64,000 nt of DNA from Somniosus microcephalus (GCA_052327205.1 CM126204.1:349990001-350054000), one strand, 5' to 3'. Positions 1 through 13,082 are shown, counted from the stretch's first letter. Translations and numbers: made by a program. Notes: generated from the letters alone by a model not told the origin.

Positions 1-280
1 TTCCACTACCCTTTGTGCGAAGAAGTGCTTCCTGATAGCACCCCTGAATGACCTAGCTCTAATTTTAAGGTTATGCCCCTTTGTTCTGGTCTTCCCCCCC
101 ATCAGAGGAAATAGTTTCTCTCTTATCAACCCTACCAACTCCTTTAATCATCTTAAACACTTCAATTGGATCACACCTTAATCTACATTCAAGGGAATAC
201 AAGCCGAGTCTATGCAACCTGTCTTCATAATTTAACCCTTTTAGCCCCGGTATCATTCCAGTGAATCTGTGTTGCAACCC
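1..280 (-). mobile_element. CR1-type LINE ORF2 C-terminal fragment (cut by window edge)
   Basis: ORF 71..334(-) contains RFTGMIPGLKGLNYEDRLHRLGLYSLE..RLRCDPIEVFKMIKG, the typical CR1 ORF2 C-terminus. Confidence 0.85.
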
Positions 281-3116
281 CTTAGTCTGAAGTAGCCATG
301 CAAGAATACTTAGCGTATTGCAATAATGATTCATAATATGCTAGTAGACATCCCATGACATTGCTTGCAATGCATTGCAGAGTAATGTGTAACCATAGTA
401 TATGTTATACACAGAAAACAAAGAGGCATCTGAGATGGCAAACAGACCTGGGATTTGGAAAGAATTTTGTGAGCAATGTGCTCGGAGACAGTGAAGTAAG
501 TGTTAAAGTGTTTTTTGATTGGTCCCTAGGAAATTTGAGCCAGTCAGAAAAACACAGCAATTTTTTGTTTGACCCATGGACGCATTTAAAGTGCGACGCT
601 GCCATGTGCAATACTTCCACTATAGAGCTAGCAATGTGCACTTGCAGCAGTGCATTTGCACAGGCACAAAATATGTTATCAAAAAAATAAAACCGGCCCA
701 AATTATTAAAGGTCACTAAGAAAGAATGGGAAATACTGTAAGTATCCAACGTAAGTAGTACAAATCAATAAGGCTGAATAGTCTCCTTCTGTGCTAAAAT
801 TTCTGACTCTATGAAGTCTACAATGCTTCCAGCAGCAGCACGCTTTGGGGCTTTGGTAATGGTCAGTGATTAAAATGACAATGACTTGATTTGCAGTCGG
901 CAAGATCCCAGCTACAAATTATCGTGGAATGAGGAGGAGGGAAAGAATTTTAAGATTAAATAATGCACGCTTAATTCCTTTTTAAAAAAAAAAAAAAAAA
1001 AAATTTTTATGCCGGATTTGAATTCGATTCTGAAATGCAGCCCAAATGTATTTCTGATGATTTTAACCCAATATCTTGTTAAACAATTAATTTACCAAAA
1101 AAAAATTACAGCCTTCCTTTTGTTGATGCCTTGAACCTGGCACTGTATTTATTAAAGAAAATACCAAACAACACCTGTTTTGGTAAATCAATGCTCAGAC
1201 AGATACAGATGCCAGCAAATCTTAAATTATACTCCTGAGATGACGGCACCTTTATAAATACTCCAAATCTTAGCGGCCATCATTTTTTAAAACCGGCACT
1301 GTAAACGTGAGCTTTAGTTAATATGTAATGAATATAGCCATTTGGAATTATAAGGGAGTGGGAGAATGTAAAAGAGTCAGTGCATAGATATGATTTTTAA
1401 AATTGTTCTTTAATTTAATCTGTATCTGGTGAGCCAAAGCACTTTGGCATGATATTTGTCATGACTTGCATTCGCAATTGGATTTTTCGGTTGTGAACGT
1501 ATCCTTCACTATGTGTTTTATTCTGGAAATTATTCGTCAAGCTACGATGATGTGTGGTGTGTTGCATTTCTGTTGTGTTGTAAAAGATTAAAGTTTCTTG
1601 AAAATTTGAACCCCTCAGACTTACACTGGGGAAAAAGTCTACTGTCAGAACATGGGCCTCTCCCTCGATACACATTATTAGAGTCTTTTTAGAGACAAGC
1701 AGGCAATTTTGCTGTCATTGGTCTCGTTTGAACAGAATATGTTTATCCTTGCAATACTCTTGGGGGAAGGTGTCAAAAACGGATCACCCATGTGCAGGTG
1801 ACACAGCTGTTATACAGTCAATGGAAGTCTTTTTTTTATGTTACTATTAAAACAGCTACTGCAGACATATTCTTTCTCCTGTATGATTTATTACATAAAC
1901 TGTGAGAGTTTACAGTTGCAATAAGAAATGGTCACTATTGACAGCTAATAACATTTTAACACAAACTTCAGATACTTAACTGCAATTTCTCTTCATACTG
2001 CCTAAGTATATTTAATTATATATGATTACATTCGATTGGTTTTGCTCATATTTATTTAAAATAAAATGGCTGTGTCATTGGATACACAAGATGTGATTTA
2101 AAACTAATAAAGCTTTGTGCTGCAAATATTAACATGCAATCTGACAGCAGTTTTACTTTGGTAGTTGTTTTCTGCTCTTCAAAATCACAGATAGGCCTTG
2201 AAAAAGCAAAACATTTTATTTCATATATTGATACATATATTCTTTATAAAAGTGAACCCTTTGCAAGGTGAATGGTGCTGCGGCTTAGAACAGAACTTTT
2301 TGTCCACTAGCGTCTGCTGTTTTGGAACTGGCTCAAATAGATCATATGAATCCCTCCTATCTCAGATGACTATTAAGAGATTTAAATCAATTTTTTTTTT
2401 GAGGGGGGGCAGATTTCTTTGTTCGTGGATTCGACATGGCAGCCGAGAAAAATACTGCTTCTGTACTGTCCTTAAATGTAACACAACTGACCACTACTTG
2501 AGAGGGCCAGTCAGAGTTGTTTTAAAGGGGTACATGGTTTGGAAAATGAGATGGGGGTAGGAGATGTTATTTTGCGATTTGGGTTTAGAGACATTGTTGA
2601 GACAATGTAGGGAGTACAGTACTCTGCATTGCATATGGGCTGTGTTATGACTATTTTAGGAGTATTTCATGCTGTCGCTAGGTTCAAAGCGAAGAGGTGT
2701 TACATTCTACTGCAGTCACTGCTCACTTTTCTAACCATACAAGGACATGAATTATTATAAGCTATTAAACAATGCTGCTAGACCCGATAATAGTTGGAAC
2801 AGCTTCTTTTTTACAGTTATTAAATGTTAAATAAATATTTATTACTGAAATTTGATGCTATTTGAATCCTCTTCAATGAATCCCCTTTTTCAACAAATTG
2901 CCATGACAAAATTTCACTGTAGTAGCAGCCACTTGATTGTTACTGACAGTTTGCGGAAACATAGAAAGAAGCAAGCTAGGAGTCTGACGCTAACTAGGTA
3001 TCACTATTGCGCACGTTAGTGATGAACTTTCTGATGGCCTCTGACTTGACCAACCCCATAAAATGTGAAAAATCCAAAATATGTAAACAAATTGCTGATG
3101 CATGAGCAGAAAGAGT

Positions 3117-3395
3117 GACCACTACATCACCAGAAGGATTGGATATACACAGTCACAAGAGTAGCAGGGAACTGGACACATGACCACTAGACCTATAAGG
3201 AATTGGATATCTGGGTACTAGAGAAGGAAGCCTGGAGGAGAGTAGAGAATTATATGTATAGACCTGCTGTGGCACTGGTGAATTGGAGCATAAACCATCA
3301 CTAGACCACCAGAGCATTGAATGCATAGATCACCATTAGACCATTATGGAACCGAATGAATGAACTACCGCTAAATAACCTGGGACTCAGATATG
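3117..3395. repeat. Degenerate tandem repeat, period about 33 bp
   Basis: Recurring ccactagacc / ggaattgga-like segments, e.g. catcactagaccaccagagcattgaatgcataga followed by tcaccattagaccattatggaaccgaatgaatgaa. Confidence 0.5.
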
Positions 3396-4686
3396 AAGCA
3401 GCAATTTGTTCCTCTGTACGCGTAAGGCACATTTTGGTTTAGAGACACAAGCATCTGAATCTAAATGGTCTGAATTGGGGGGGTGGGGGGGGGGGAAACA
3501 ATTTATTTTTTGATTAAGTGAATTTTGATCTAATTCAGACGTTGCATTTGGACTCCCGATTCAATGCCTGTCCCGAGCGAACATTTACAAAAAGCTTTCA
3601 GCCTTAGAGTGATTTGTGAACGGCCGTTGAACTTGGACTCACTGCTTTCTGTGCCCCATGACGTGAGCGTGAGGTAATATACTGACTGTTTACCTCAGAA
3701 GGGGAGATTGCAGTCCTGAAACTGGCTGCTTCCTGTTATCGGCTAGAATAATCATTTTTAAAAAAGTGGCATTGATTTAGCCCTTGCACAGAGATTAACC
3801 ACTTTTTAACTGGAGGCAGCTGTTCATTGATCTGTGAGACACATTCACTGCTCCTGTGGTTAAGACAATAGTAAAATAGACTTTAAATTTTGCTACAAGC
3901 CTGGTAATAGTTTCATTATAACAGGAGTCAACAGTTATATAGTAGGTAAATCAGGGTGTTGAGAATCTTTTTTCATTATAAATGGGGGTTTAACAACATT
4001 CGAGTTCATCATAAATAGGGTTCACTGCAGTTCATTTCATAATTTTGTCTTTCTTGAATGTAGTTGTATTCTTTTTGTTTTGTGCTGATGGTCAAATATT
4101 ATGGTGTTGCTGAATGGCGTCCTTTAAGATGATCATAAGGTAGTGAGTAGTAAAGAGGCAAAGCAGGAGTGAATTTTTCAGGACCGATGTGACAAGATTC
4201 CATCTTGTTACTCACTTGTACAAAAAAAATACAAAGCCACTGTGAAGAAATATAGCTGCAGTACAGATAAGTTCTAATACATTTTTGAAATTCAAATACC
4301 GAACCAGAGAATAATAAACATCGGTATATACACAGAATTTTTTTTTATATCAGCGCAGTTTTTTAAATTATTATGCTGTATTTCCCTGAGTAGGAAAGAT
4401 GCTGCTAGGCATGCAAGGCTGCTGTCAAGTGGGTATTCTTGACAAATAAAGTGCTGTCTTATGTGTAGAATGCATGGCAATGAGTGGCTGTAGGTGACAT
4501 CCATGATTTAGAATACACCCCACCATCATTATAAGGCTCTCCATCATAATGCTGTCTCTCAACGTTTTCATTTTACGTTTTATGTTATGTTACAGGACAT
4601 TCATTGTAGCACACACCTTGTTATCATGAACAAAATACTTGGGTCTAAGGATGACACTTTAATGAGGGTGGAGTGTATTTTAGAGG

Positions 4687-5119
4687 TAGTTATGAACTTA
4701 GCAGTAATCCACAGATAACGCGTAACTGTATAGAACTAACAGGATATGTGGCATGACAGCAGAAACCAAAGTGTCATTATTATGAAGAGTTTTCAGTCAG
4801 GATTGTTAGGTGTGGTGCTTGGGCGGTAGACTGAATGTTACATGTTTCTGTCAGTGGAGCATAGAGTGCCATTGGCCCTGGATGTAGCATGTGTGAGGGC
4901 ACCCCAATTAAAATACAGATAAACAGAGGTGGACAGCTATGATTTTTTTTAACAAGTCATCTTTTTATTTAAAATTTTAAACAATACAGAAAAAAGTGAT
5001 ACAAACAGTAGTTACGAACCTAGCAGTAATTCACAGATAAAATGTAACTGTACAAAAATAACAGGATATGTGGCATGACAGCAGAAAGCAAAGTGTCATT
5101 ATTATAAACAGTCTTCAGT
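4687..5119 (+). repeat. Direct duplication A (~110 bp; 4687-4797 and 5008-5119)
   Basis: Both copies read gtagtta(t/c)gaac(t/c)tagcagtaat..cacagataa..gtaactgta..taacaggatatgtggcatgacagcagaaa(c/g)caaagtgtcattattat. Confidence 0.9.
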
Positions 5120-5123
5120 TGGG

Positions 5124-5966
5124 TTCCAAACACATTTGTAACAGGTTCTACGGTGTTCAGATCCAACATGCACCAAATGTTATGCTTTACTCACTCAAAA
5201 ACAGTGATTAATTTTACATCTTTAAATGTCAATTTTTACGAAGATGAACACAGTTCGCAAGACGAATGGATTTGTTTCTCAAAATTATTGCAAAAGCAAT
5301 CCGTGGCATAAGAGCGTTTATTCCAGATATAATACAAAGATGAATCAATTGATGGTGTCTAGTAGTCTAACATTGTGGCAATAAGAAGCCTGAGTGATAC
5401 AGGTGACTAGGAGTAGATGAATAAATGGGGAAACATAAGAGAACACACATAAAATGAGACATGGTTCCCCTTTAAAGATGCTAAGTAGAGTTCCTAATCT
5501 CCCCAATGAGACTGTAACATAGAAAGGTGGCTCTACTGCCAAAGACAATATTTTCACCTCCAACCAGAAAATTGTATTAAAGGACTGGCTGGTTTTGTCA
5601 TTTCTCTAGCTTTCTGGAGACTTTTCTAATAATTCCTTATTGTGCATAATAGCAGTTGTATTTTTGCAAGTAATTCAGTGCTAATGCATTATACATATAT
5701 TATCAGCTTAAAAAAATTGGCATTATGAATTTATATCTAGTACACAATAATTCTCAAACAGTATTAGCATGTCTTAATGAGGCATTTTAATAAGATGATT
5801 CCAAACACATTTGTAACAGGTTTTACTGTGTTCGAGTCCAACATGCACCATGTGGTATATTTTACTCAAGTACAGTGATTAGTTTTACATCTTTAAATGT
5901 CAGTTTTACAAAAATGAACACATTTAGTCCTCAACTAAAATGGTTTCGTTTTTCAAAACTATTGGA
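5124..5966 (+). repeat. Direct duplication B (~170 bp; 5124-5295 and 5799-5966)
   Basis: Both copies begin ttccaaacacatttgtaacaggtt and share tccaacatgcacca and ttttacatctttaaatgtca. Confidence 0.9.
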
Positions 5967-7554
5967 AAAAAAAAAGAAATGTGGTAATTATATATAATCT
6001 GTGAACAGACTAATGTATTTTGGAAAACCAACAATATCTAACTTGAAGCAACATAACACAAATGGATAGCTGTAGCTCCAAAAAGAGCAATATTTACAAA
6101 AAAAACCCTGAATCTTGCAGATTCATGACCAACACATTTTTGCATCTAACAAAATTCAGCTACTTTACAGTCAAAGAAGTTGACACTGTGTTTGTTGAAA
6201 AGTTTAATTAGTAAAAACCTCTCCCCAAGGCCTGTGATGGCACAAGGTGTAAATGGAGATGCTGTCCCAGCTTGCTTGCTCTGCAGTACACTACATCTCG
6301 TGCACAGATGGGCTGGTGAAGAAACTGTGAATGGACAAATGATAACAGAATATTCAGTAATTCCAACATCAGCTCATTAGCAATCTGTCAGAGATTTTAA
6401 TTTGTGCAGTGGTGAAAAATGCAGAAATGCAACACAGTCAGAAGACAAGATTTAGGAGTTATAGCACCTAATTGAAAAGGCTTTCATAATGAAGCAACAC
6501 TGACTGGGAACTTTGAGAATAATCAGGAATTTGTTTCAAATCCGCCATTGGTCATATAATAGTGTACTGTGGGATGAGGTATGTTAATAGCTTGTCAGTA
6601 AAAATAAATATTTGAATTTTGTACATGTTCTTTGGGTAATAAATTATATTAGTCAGATTTCAAAAAGACGAAATACCTGCGGCCTATTTAGATCTTTTTC
6701 TAAAATTAGCAATACTGTAAAATTGAATTTTCCACAATAGGGGCGAGGAGAAGACTGAAGTAACTGGACAGTAAACACCCCTTTTCTATCTTTTCTCCAA
6801 AGGTTTAGTGAAGTTTCATTCAGTCAAAAGAGAATTTTAACATGATTTTAACAACATATTATGCAGCTGTGGAGTCACTGGAGAGTTAAAAGAAAACAAT
6901 GGGTTATGATACAAAGTATAAAATTCAGATCATGAATTCATTCTGTACACACCCTACAGGAACAAGCATAATGCAGTGCACTTCTATTTACTGTATAAGT
7001 AATTATCTGCAATGTTTTCTACACTTCTCTGGGGTATACACATAAGAAGAGTAGATATAGAGCCTGGTTTTATATTCGCTATTAGTGGAGTTGCCAACGC
7101 AATGCTAATAGCAATTACTTTTGTATTTTATATGACATGGTACTGTGTTAATCAGCACAGCTGTTTTAATATTGAATTAAAATTTGACTATAATTTGGAA
7201 TAATGAATATCTGCTTCCGCCTTTTTAAAGCACTGTGATAGGAGTGAAAGGAAGGAAAGACCATTTTCAAGTCTCGTTCTTAAGCCATTAGACTTACGAG
7301 GCATTCCTGAAGTTTAGGGATGTAGCAGAATAACAGACTTCTGTGACCCCCCCCCCCCCTCCCCACTTCACAAACCATCCCTGGAGTGATATTTTAAAAA
7401 GAAAAAAAAATAGTTGCAGCATCACTAACAGGGAAATATATATGAATGTGACACTCACCACCAAAATACTTGCATTTTATATACTGGTGAAACCTTGGCC
7501 GGAATTCTCCCACTGACATGCGTGCAGGTTTGGAAGCAGTAAAATTTGCAGAAA

Positions 7555-8618
7555 ATGGGAGCGCACTGGGAACACGCCATCATCCCGCCTCCTCGTGCTT
7601 TTAACAGGGGCACGTCTGCCAACACAGTGTGTACAGGCAGAGGATGCGCTTCCTCAACACGACAGAGCAGCAGTGCCAAAAGAGGCCCAGGTCATCGCAG
7701 CCATTTGCAGCTTGCTGGAGCAAGACCTGCGGCCCAGAGGACCTGGTGGACCCGCCTTCCCAGTGGCTGTCAAAGTCACCAGCACCCTCAACTTCTTCGT
7801 CTCAGGCCCCTTCTAGGGATCTGCAGCAGACAATTGCGGCATCTCGCAGTCGGCCGCCCACAGGTGCATCACACAGGTCACCGATGCCATGTTTAACAAG
7901 TCAGCTAATTATGTCAACTTTGCCACTGATGAAGCCAGTGTTACTGAGCGGGTGCTCGCTTTGCCACTCTTGCTGACTTCCAACGGGTGCAGGGCGTCAT
8001 CGACTGCACACATGCGGCCATCAGGGCACCCCCACATACCCAGGAGTGTTTGTGAACTGCAAAGGCTTCCACTCTGTCAATGTTCAGCTCATCTGCAAAC
8101 ATAGGAAGATCATCATGCATGTATGCACCAAATTCCCTGGCAGCTGTCATGACTCTTTCATCCTGCACCAGTACACTCTCCCTCAGCTCTTCGCACTGCT
8201 AAACAGACTTACCGGCTGGCTGCTTGGAGACAAGGGATATCCACTGAAGACGTGGCTCATGACACCCTTGAGGAGGCCAAGCAATGAGGCTGAGGAGCGT
8301 TATAATGAAAGCCACATGTCCACCAAATATGTCATTGAACAAACAATAGGCATGCTGAAGATGCGCTTCAGAGGCCTTGACAGATCTGGAGGAGCCCTTC
8401 AGTACGCACCAGCGAGGGTCTATACAATTGTCATCATTTGCTGCGCGCTGCACAACATAGCACAGCAACGAGGATTACAGCTGCATGAGGAGCAAGGCAC
8501 AGAGCACACAGCCTCTTCAGAGGAGGAGGAGGAGCCCGAGGTCCACATGCCGGCAGCACCAGAGCACATTGCTGCCCAGGAGGCCAGGCATAGGCTCATC
8601 ATTGCCAGATTTACTTAA
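7555..8618 (+). pseudogene. Harbinger (HARBI1-like) DDE transposase, frameshifted
   Basis: Fragments in several frames: VYRQRMRFL, PVAVKVTSTLNFFVSG then TAG at 7814-7816, [63 protein letters not shown]; catalytic D-D-E residues recognisable. Confidence 0.93.
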
Positions 8619-9337
8619 CTTCCTGCATTGCACCCATATGGCTGCCACATGCAAGATCCACCCCCCCACAACAACACCATAAAGTGTCCCTACAATGACT
8701 AAGCCATTCCTTTCACACTGACCCCCATTGTTGGAGGTAACGTTATGTCTCACCATTAACTCCAACTCACTAAGCCACTTCCAAAGTAGCAGACAAAAAT
8801 GGGCATGACTGGAAAGTGGTGAAAATAAATACTTTTACATGTGTCATAACAGTAATGGAACCTTAACCGTAACACTTCTTTAAATACCCATGTGCTTACC
8901 CTTGTGCATCTACTTCTGTGTCATTTTTCTTTTATGCGTGCTTCGAAGAGGTGTAACCCCTATAGCTTCAGTAGAGGTAGAGGCAGGCTGCTCACTTCCT
9001 TGCTGCGACTGCGTAGACACTTTTGGCAGACATCGTCTAGGTTTTGGAGCCTGTGATGGCCCCGCCAAGGTCTGCTCCACCTGTGACTGTGCAGGGACAG
9101 ACTCGGCCATCGCGATCCGAGGAGGCATCTGGGGCTTTGACTGAGGGGGGAGAGCAATGGGGGAGAAGTGTGAGCCCTTTAGAGAGGAGCCCCCACTTCC
9201 ATGTCCCCTCTCACCATCATCCCTCTCATGGGCCACCCGCACCTCCCTTCTAGCAAGGAGGTGGAGAGCACCTTGCTGCACAGCAGTGGGGCCATGAGGA
9301 CCCAAGTCTATGTTTATGTCCCTCCTAGAAAGGAGGT

Positions 9338-9558
9338 TGACGTAAGAAAACTACTAGGCACTTGGTCTGAGTATTAAACAAGGCTTTAATCAACTGTTTT
9401 TCAACACTAGTTGTGTCCTTCACTAGTTCCTGTTAAAGAATGTCCTGAGCAAGCTGGGCCCATGCCCAAGTATTTATACTCTCCCTGGACAGCACCACCA
9501 GCAGGCCGCCCAGTATTATTTCATAAGTCTTTCCACATGAATGACAAGATTCATGTCA
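9338..9558 (-). mobile_element. Solo LTR copy 1 (inside Harbinger Myb exon 3)
   Basis: TGAC...GTCA ends; near-identical to copies at 21520 and 28226 in reverse orientation; flanks gaggt/gagcc (degenerate 5-bp TSD). Confidence 0.85.
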
Positions 9559-10622
9559 GAGCCTTTGCCATCTGTTGTCCATAGCTAACATCTACTCATG
9601 CGAGTGGCGCATTAGCTGCTCCATGCAGGTGGCCATCCTTTCCATGGAAGAGCCTACAGTCACCATCGCCTGTGACACGGTGGTGCTCATGTTGGAGATG
9701 GACTCCTCCATTCTCTGCACATTTTCAGACATCGAGGCTGCAAAACCTGCCAGAGCCTCCTCCATTTCTTGCTGCCCCTCCAGGATCGCCCTCTTTCTCG
9801 ATGGTCCCCGAGGCTCAGCGTCTGCATGCAGCTGAGCAGAGCTTGGAGCGTCCTGCGCCCTGCAGCGCGGAGTCTCCACTGCTGTTCCTGTTAACACCAC
9901 CTGCTCTTGCTCACTTGTGACTTGTGAGACACCAGGTGACAACACTACTCTATCTCCCACAGGACTCACCGAGGTGTGTGTATCTGTGCTGGTGCTGTGT
10001 GCGCTTGGGTCTGCTGACGGTGCACCCTCAGAGACTGGAGGCTCCTCTGAGGAGTCGTCTTCCTTCTCCGGCTGGACAGTGGAGGGGGGCAGGGGCACTC
10101 ATGGTGGACCTGTGGGAGAGTAAAGAGATGATTTAGAAATGTTATATTAAGAATGGGTAACAATACCATTATGCACATGATGAACATTCACTGGCTGCTG
10201 ACGTCAGTCACCATATGAGTGACTGCTGTATGCCATGTGGCTGTATGAGATGTAGTTCTGTCACCAGGTTGCTGAGGGGTCCCCCTCTCTCCGTCTCCCA
10301 CCGCCAGCAGCTCTGCAACGCTTGAGACCTCCAGGGCCACCTCCTCTGCTGGAGTTAAAGTGCTGAAGGATGGAGGGCCACCTCCGGTTCTCTCCCTCTC
10401 CCTGTTGTTGTGCACGCTCCTCTCCTGCAAGGAGGGAAAGAAGAGAAGTTTGAGTGAGAGTGATGGCATGAATGTAAGGATTGTGTGGGTTACATCTGTA
10501 GAGGGTGACTATGAGGGAATGTGGTGCCAATGCCAAATAGTCTCCTTTTGTGGTGTTACTTGGTACGATTGCCTTAGGATGAGGGTGAGTGTGAGGGGTG
10601 GTTAGTCAGAGGGGGATGTGAG

Positions 10623-10848
10623 TGATGTAAACAGACTACTGAGCACTTGGTGTGAGTATAAAACAAGGCTTTAATCAACTGTTTCAAAACCATGAGATTC
10701 TAGTTACATCACTAGTTCCTGGTTACAGAAACATCCTGAGCAAGCTGGGCCCACGCCTAAGTATTTATACTCCTTGGACGGCGCCACCAGCTGGCCGCCC
10801 AGTGTTATTTCATGAGTCATTTCTTCATGAATGATAAGATTCATGACA
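10623..10848 (-). mobile_element. Solo LTR copy 2 (diverged subfamily, in Harbinger Myb intron 1)
   Basis: TG...CA ends; shares aaacaaggctttaatcaactgttt and cctgagcaagctgggccca with copy 1; flanks gtgag/gagag (4/5 TSD). Confidence 0.85.
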
Positions 10849-11309
10849 GAGAGTATGTACACAGAGAGAGAGGGATGGGTGGACGTGCAAGATATGTTGG
10901 TGTGAGTAATGATGTGCAGGAGCAGGATAGGGAAGGCAGAGTGATGGGGATGTGGTGACAGGCACAGCAGGATGAGGGTGAGTGTGGCTTTGTACTCACC
11001 TTTCATCAGACCATTGAAGCGCTTCCGGCACTGCACACAGTTCTGCCTCACCACATCCCTACTATTCATGTCCTCAGCTATTTGGAGCCAGGTTCTTGGG
11101 TAGGTCTCTTCTGCCCATCAGCAGGGAAGAGGACCTCCCTGCGTGCTCTGGTTCCCTCCACGAGAATATGTAGGGAGTCATCGGAAAACCTGGGTGCAGC
11201 CCGCTGCCTTTGGAAAGTCATGTTTAGAAATCTCAGCAATAACAAGATCCTCCAATATACTCCCTCCACGTTACTGAACGAACCTTCAAATGCCATCCGG
11301 CCAAGGCTG

Positions 11310-11350
11310 CTTTAAATATCCCCTCTGGAAATGAGTCATCGATGACGTCA
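11310..11350 (-). promoter_or_regulatory. Putative promoter of the Harbinger Myb gene
   Basis: TATA-like ATTTAAA(-) near 11311-11317, AP-1 site TGAGTCA 11332-11338 and CRE TGACGTCA 11343-11350, all upstream of the ATG at 11221. Confidence 0.4.
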
Positions 11351-12050
11351 TCAGCCCGGTACCATTTGCTAGGGCCGGGAAATGTGCGTGTCCGCCTTAA
11401 TACGGGCAATTAACTGAAAGTCGCTCTGAGGAGCGGGCTGATCAATACATCGCGGCACCGACCTGCCGCGCGGCCCGCACGCACCTGACCCAACCTGACT
11501 TGGTAAGGAAAATTCCGGTCCTTGTTTCCGTAACCTGTAAAGTAATAATTTAGCTTCAGCATAAAGAAAAAACCAAATTAACTCAATCAAGTGCACTGTA
11601 CAAACTACAAAAGCAGATTTTTGTTTTACAAAAGTGCAAGTTTTATATTTACAATAGGATGGTGTAAAGCAACTTAAAGAATTTGAATGCGAGGTTTGCA
11701 CTGTATCATCAGCGAATGTTACAGTAACAATCCCTTTTAAATGAACAATTAACACAGCATTGTGACCATTGAATATATAGGCCAGAGAATTGGTGGCATT
11801 GCAGCTGTTATTTTCTGATGTGCGGCCTCCTACGTGCAAGATCTCACCAGTGTGGAGGAACCTTAGAAAGTTCAGCCCTGCGTATCTTACCGTGCTGGAC
11901 AAAACATTAACACGTCAGATTAATATTTTACTGAATTGTATTCGAAGTGGGTCACTTCCTGCAATAAAACAGAAGAAGTCAAATATAATCGGACCAACCA
12001 ACTATAGCTTGGAACTGTAAATGCACATAGACAGCAGCCCTTCCGTCTTC

Positions 12051-12190
12051 AGGGGATGAAATTCAATTTCGGCAGGGGCACAAAAATGGGCGGTAGGAGA
12101 TCGGTCACCTGTTATCCACCCAGCCCAATTTTCATTTCTATTGAACGACAGCCCGATTTGCGTCCTCACCGAAGTTGAATTTCAGCTCCT
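12051..12190. mobile_element. MITE with ~22-bp TIRs (Harbinger-like ends)
   Basis: Left aggggatgaaattcaatttcgg vs reverse complement of right end aggagctgaaattcaacttcgg; related to 22071-22264. Confidence 0.75.
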
Positions 12191-12668
12191 TCGTGCGCTG
12201 GAATACCAATGTATGGCTCGGTGAAGTGGTGGGACACATGCTCGATTCCTCAGTTCAGCCAAACCACTATGAGTGAGCAAAGGCTGGACACCTTCTGCAG
12301 TAGGGGAGGGAGATGTTACAAAATCACTCTCACACATCTGTCAGAACTGACTGAAGCGTGGCATTGGCGGAGGTTGGGAAGAGGTTGATTTCCATAGTCT
12401 GTGCTGCAAGAAGACCACGAATGTGGGGTGGAAGCCAGAAGGTAATATATTCTCAAAAGGGAAGGTACGTAAATCATTTGCGCCATTAAAGCTACACTGT
12501 ATATAAACAGTACTATGCTATAGGGGCTACGTGATGTAGTGGAGATTGGTTTAATGTTGTTCAGTTCACCTGAGATGCAACGACAGCCTAATGAAGGCAA
12601 GAGGGTGTACCACAACGGTGGAGTATATTCCTGCAATGAAGCAAAAATGCCACACTGGAGGTCACCAT

Positions 12669-13082
12669 TAATGAACAAGGACACAAGGGTGATGGGCGAA
12701 CGGGACTTGGTGCGAGTTAGGATACGGGCAGCAGAGTTTCTGGATGAGCTCAAGCTCATGGAGGGTGCGAGGTGGGAGGCCGGCCAGGAGTGCATTGGAA
12801 TAGTCGAATCTAGAGGTAACAAAGGCATGGATGAGGGTTTCAACAGCTGAGGAGCTGAGGCAGGTGCTGAATAGGGTGATGTTCCGGAGCTGGAAGTAGG
12901 CGGTCTTGGTGGTGGAGTGGATATGGGGTTGGAAGCTCAGCTCGGGGTCAAATATGACACCATGGTTACAAACAGTCTGGTTCAGCCACAGACAGTGGCC
13001 AGGGAGAGGAATGGGAGTCAGTGGCTTGGCAACGGAATTTGTGGCGGGGACCAAAGACAATGGCTTTAGACTTCCCAATATT
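12669..13082 (-). mobile_element. L2 LINE ORF2 fragment
   Basis: GVIFDPELSFQPHI..LSSSAVETLIHAFVTSRFDYSNALLAGLP; homologous to 34140-34997. Confidence 0.9.

Larger units (their letters stand above)
8910..11221 (-). pseudogene. Harbinger Myb/SANT-like DNA-binding partner gene (NAIF1/MSANTD-like), spliced, degenerate
   Basis: Exon 1 11221-11000 (MTFQRQRAAPRFSDDSLHILVEG..REVLFP..VQCRKRFNGL, GTGAGT donor); exon 2 10424-10265 (ERSVHNNRERERTGGGPP); exon 3 from 10109 (acidic/coiled region, basic end RSTHKRK); has stops and frameshifts and two LTR insertions. Confidence 0.85.
7497..11520. mobile_element. PIF/Harbinger DNA transposon, two-gene type, degenerate
   Basis: Left TIR ggccggaattctcc (7497-7510) vs reverse complement of right end gaccggaattttcc (11507-11520), 12/14 identical; CTT flanks both ends (7494-7496, 11521-11523); convergent DDE transposase (+) and Myb/SANT-like gene (-). 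Confidence 0.9.

Noticed and set aside
8046-8618. Host HARBI1 gene
   Set aside because: Upstream part has a stop and frameshifts, and the sequence is bounded by TIRs with a Myb partner, so it is a transposon copy
9338-10848. LTR copies 1 and 2 as the paired LTRs of one element
   Set aside because: They are clearly diverged, each has its own flanking duplication, and the sequence between them is Harbinger Myb gene
11369-11902. 177-aa ORF on the minus strand
   Set aside because: Spans the Harbinger TIR into flanking DNA and shows no protein-like motifs
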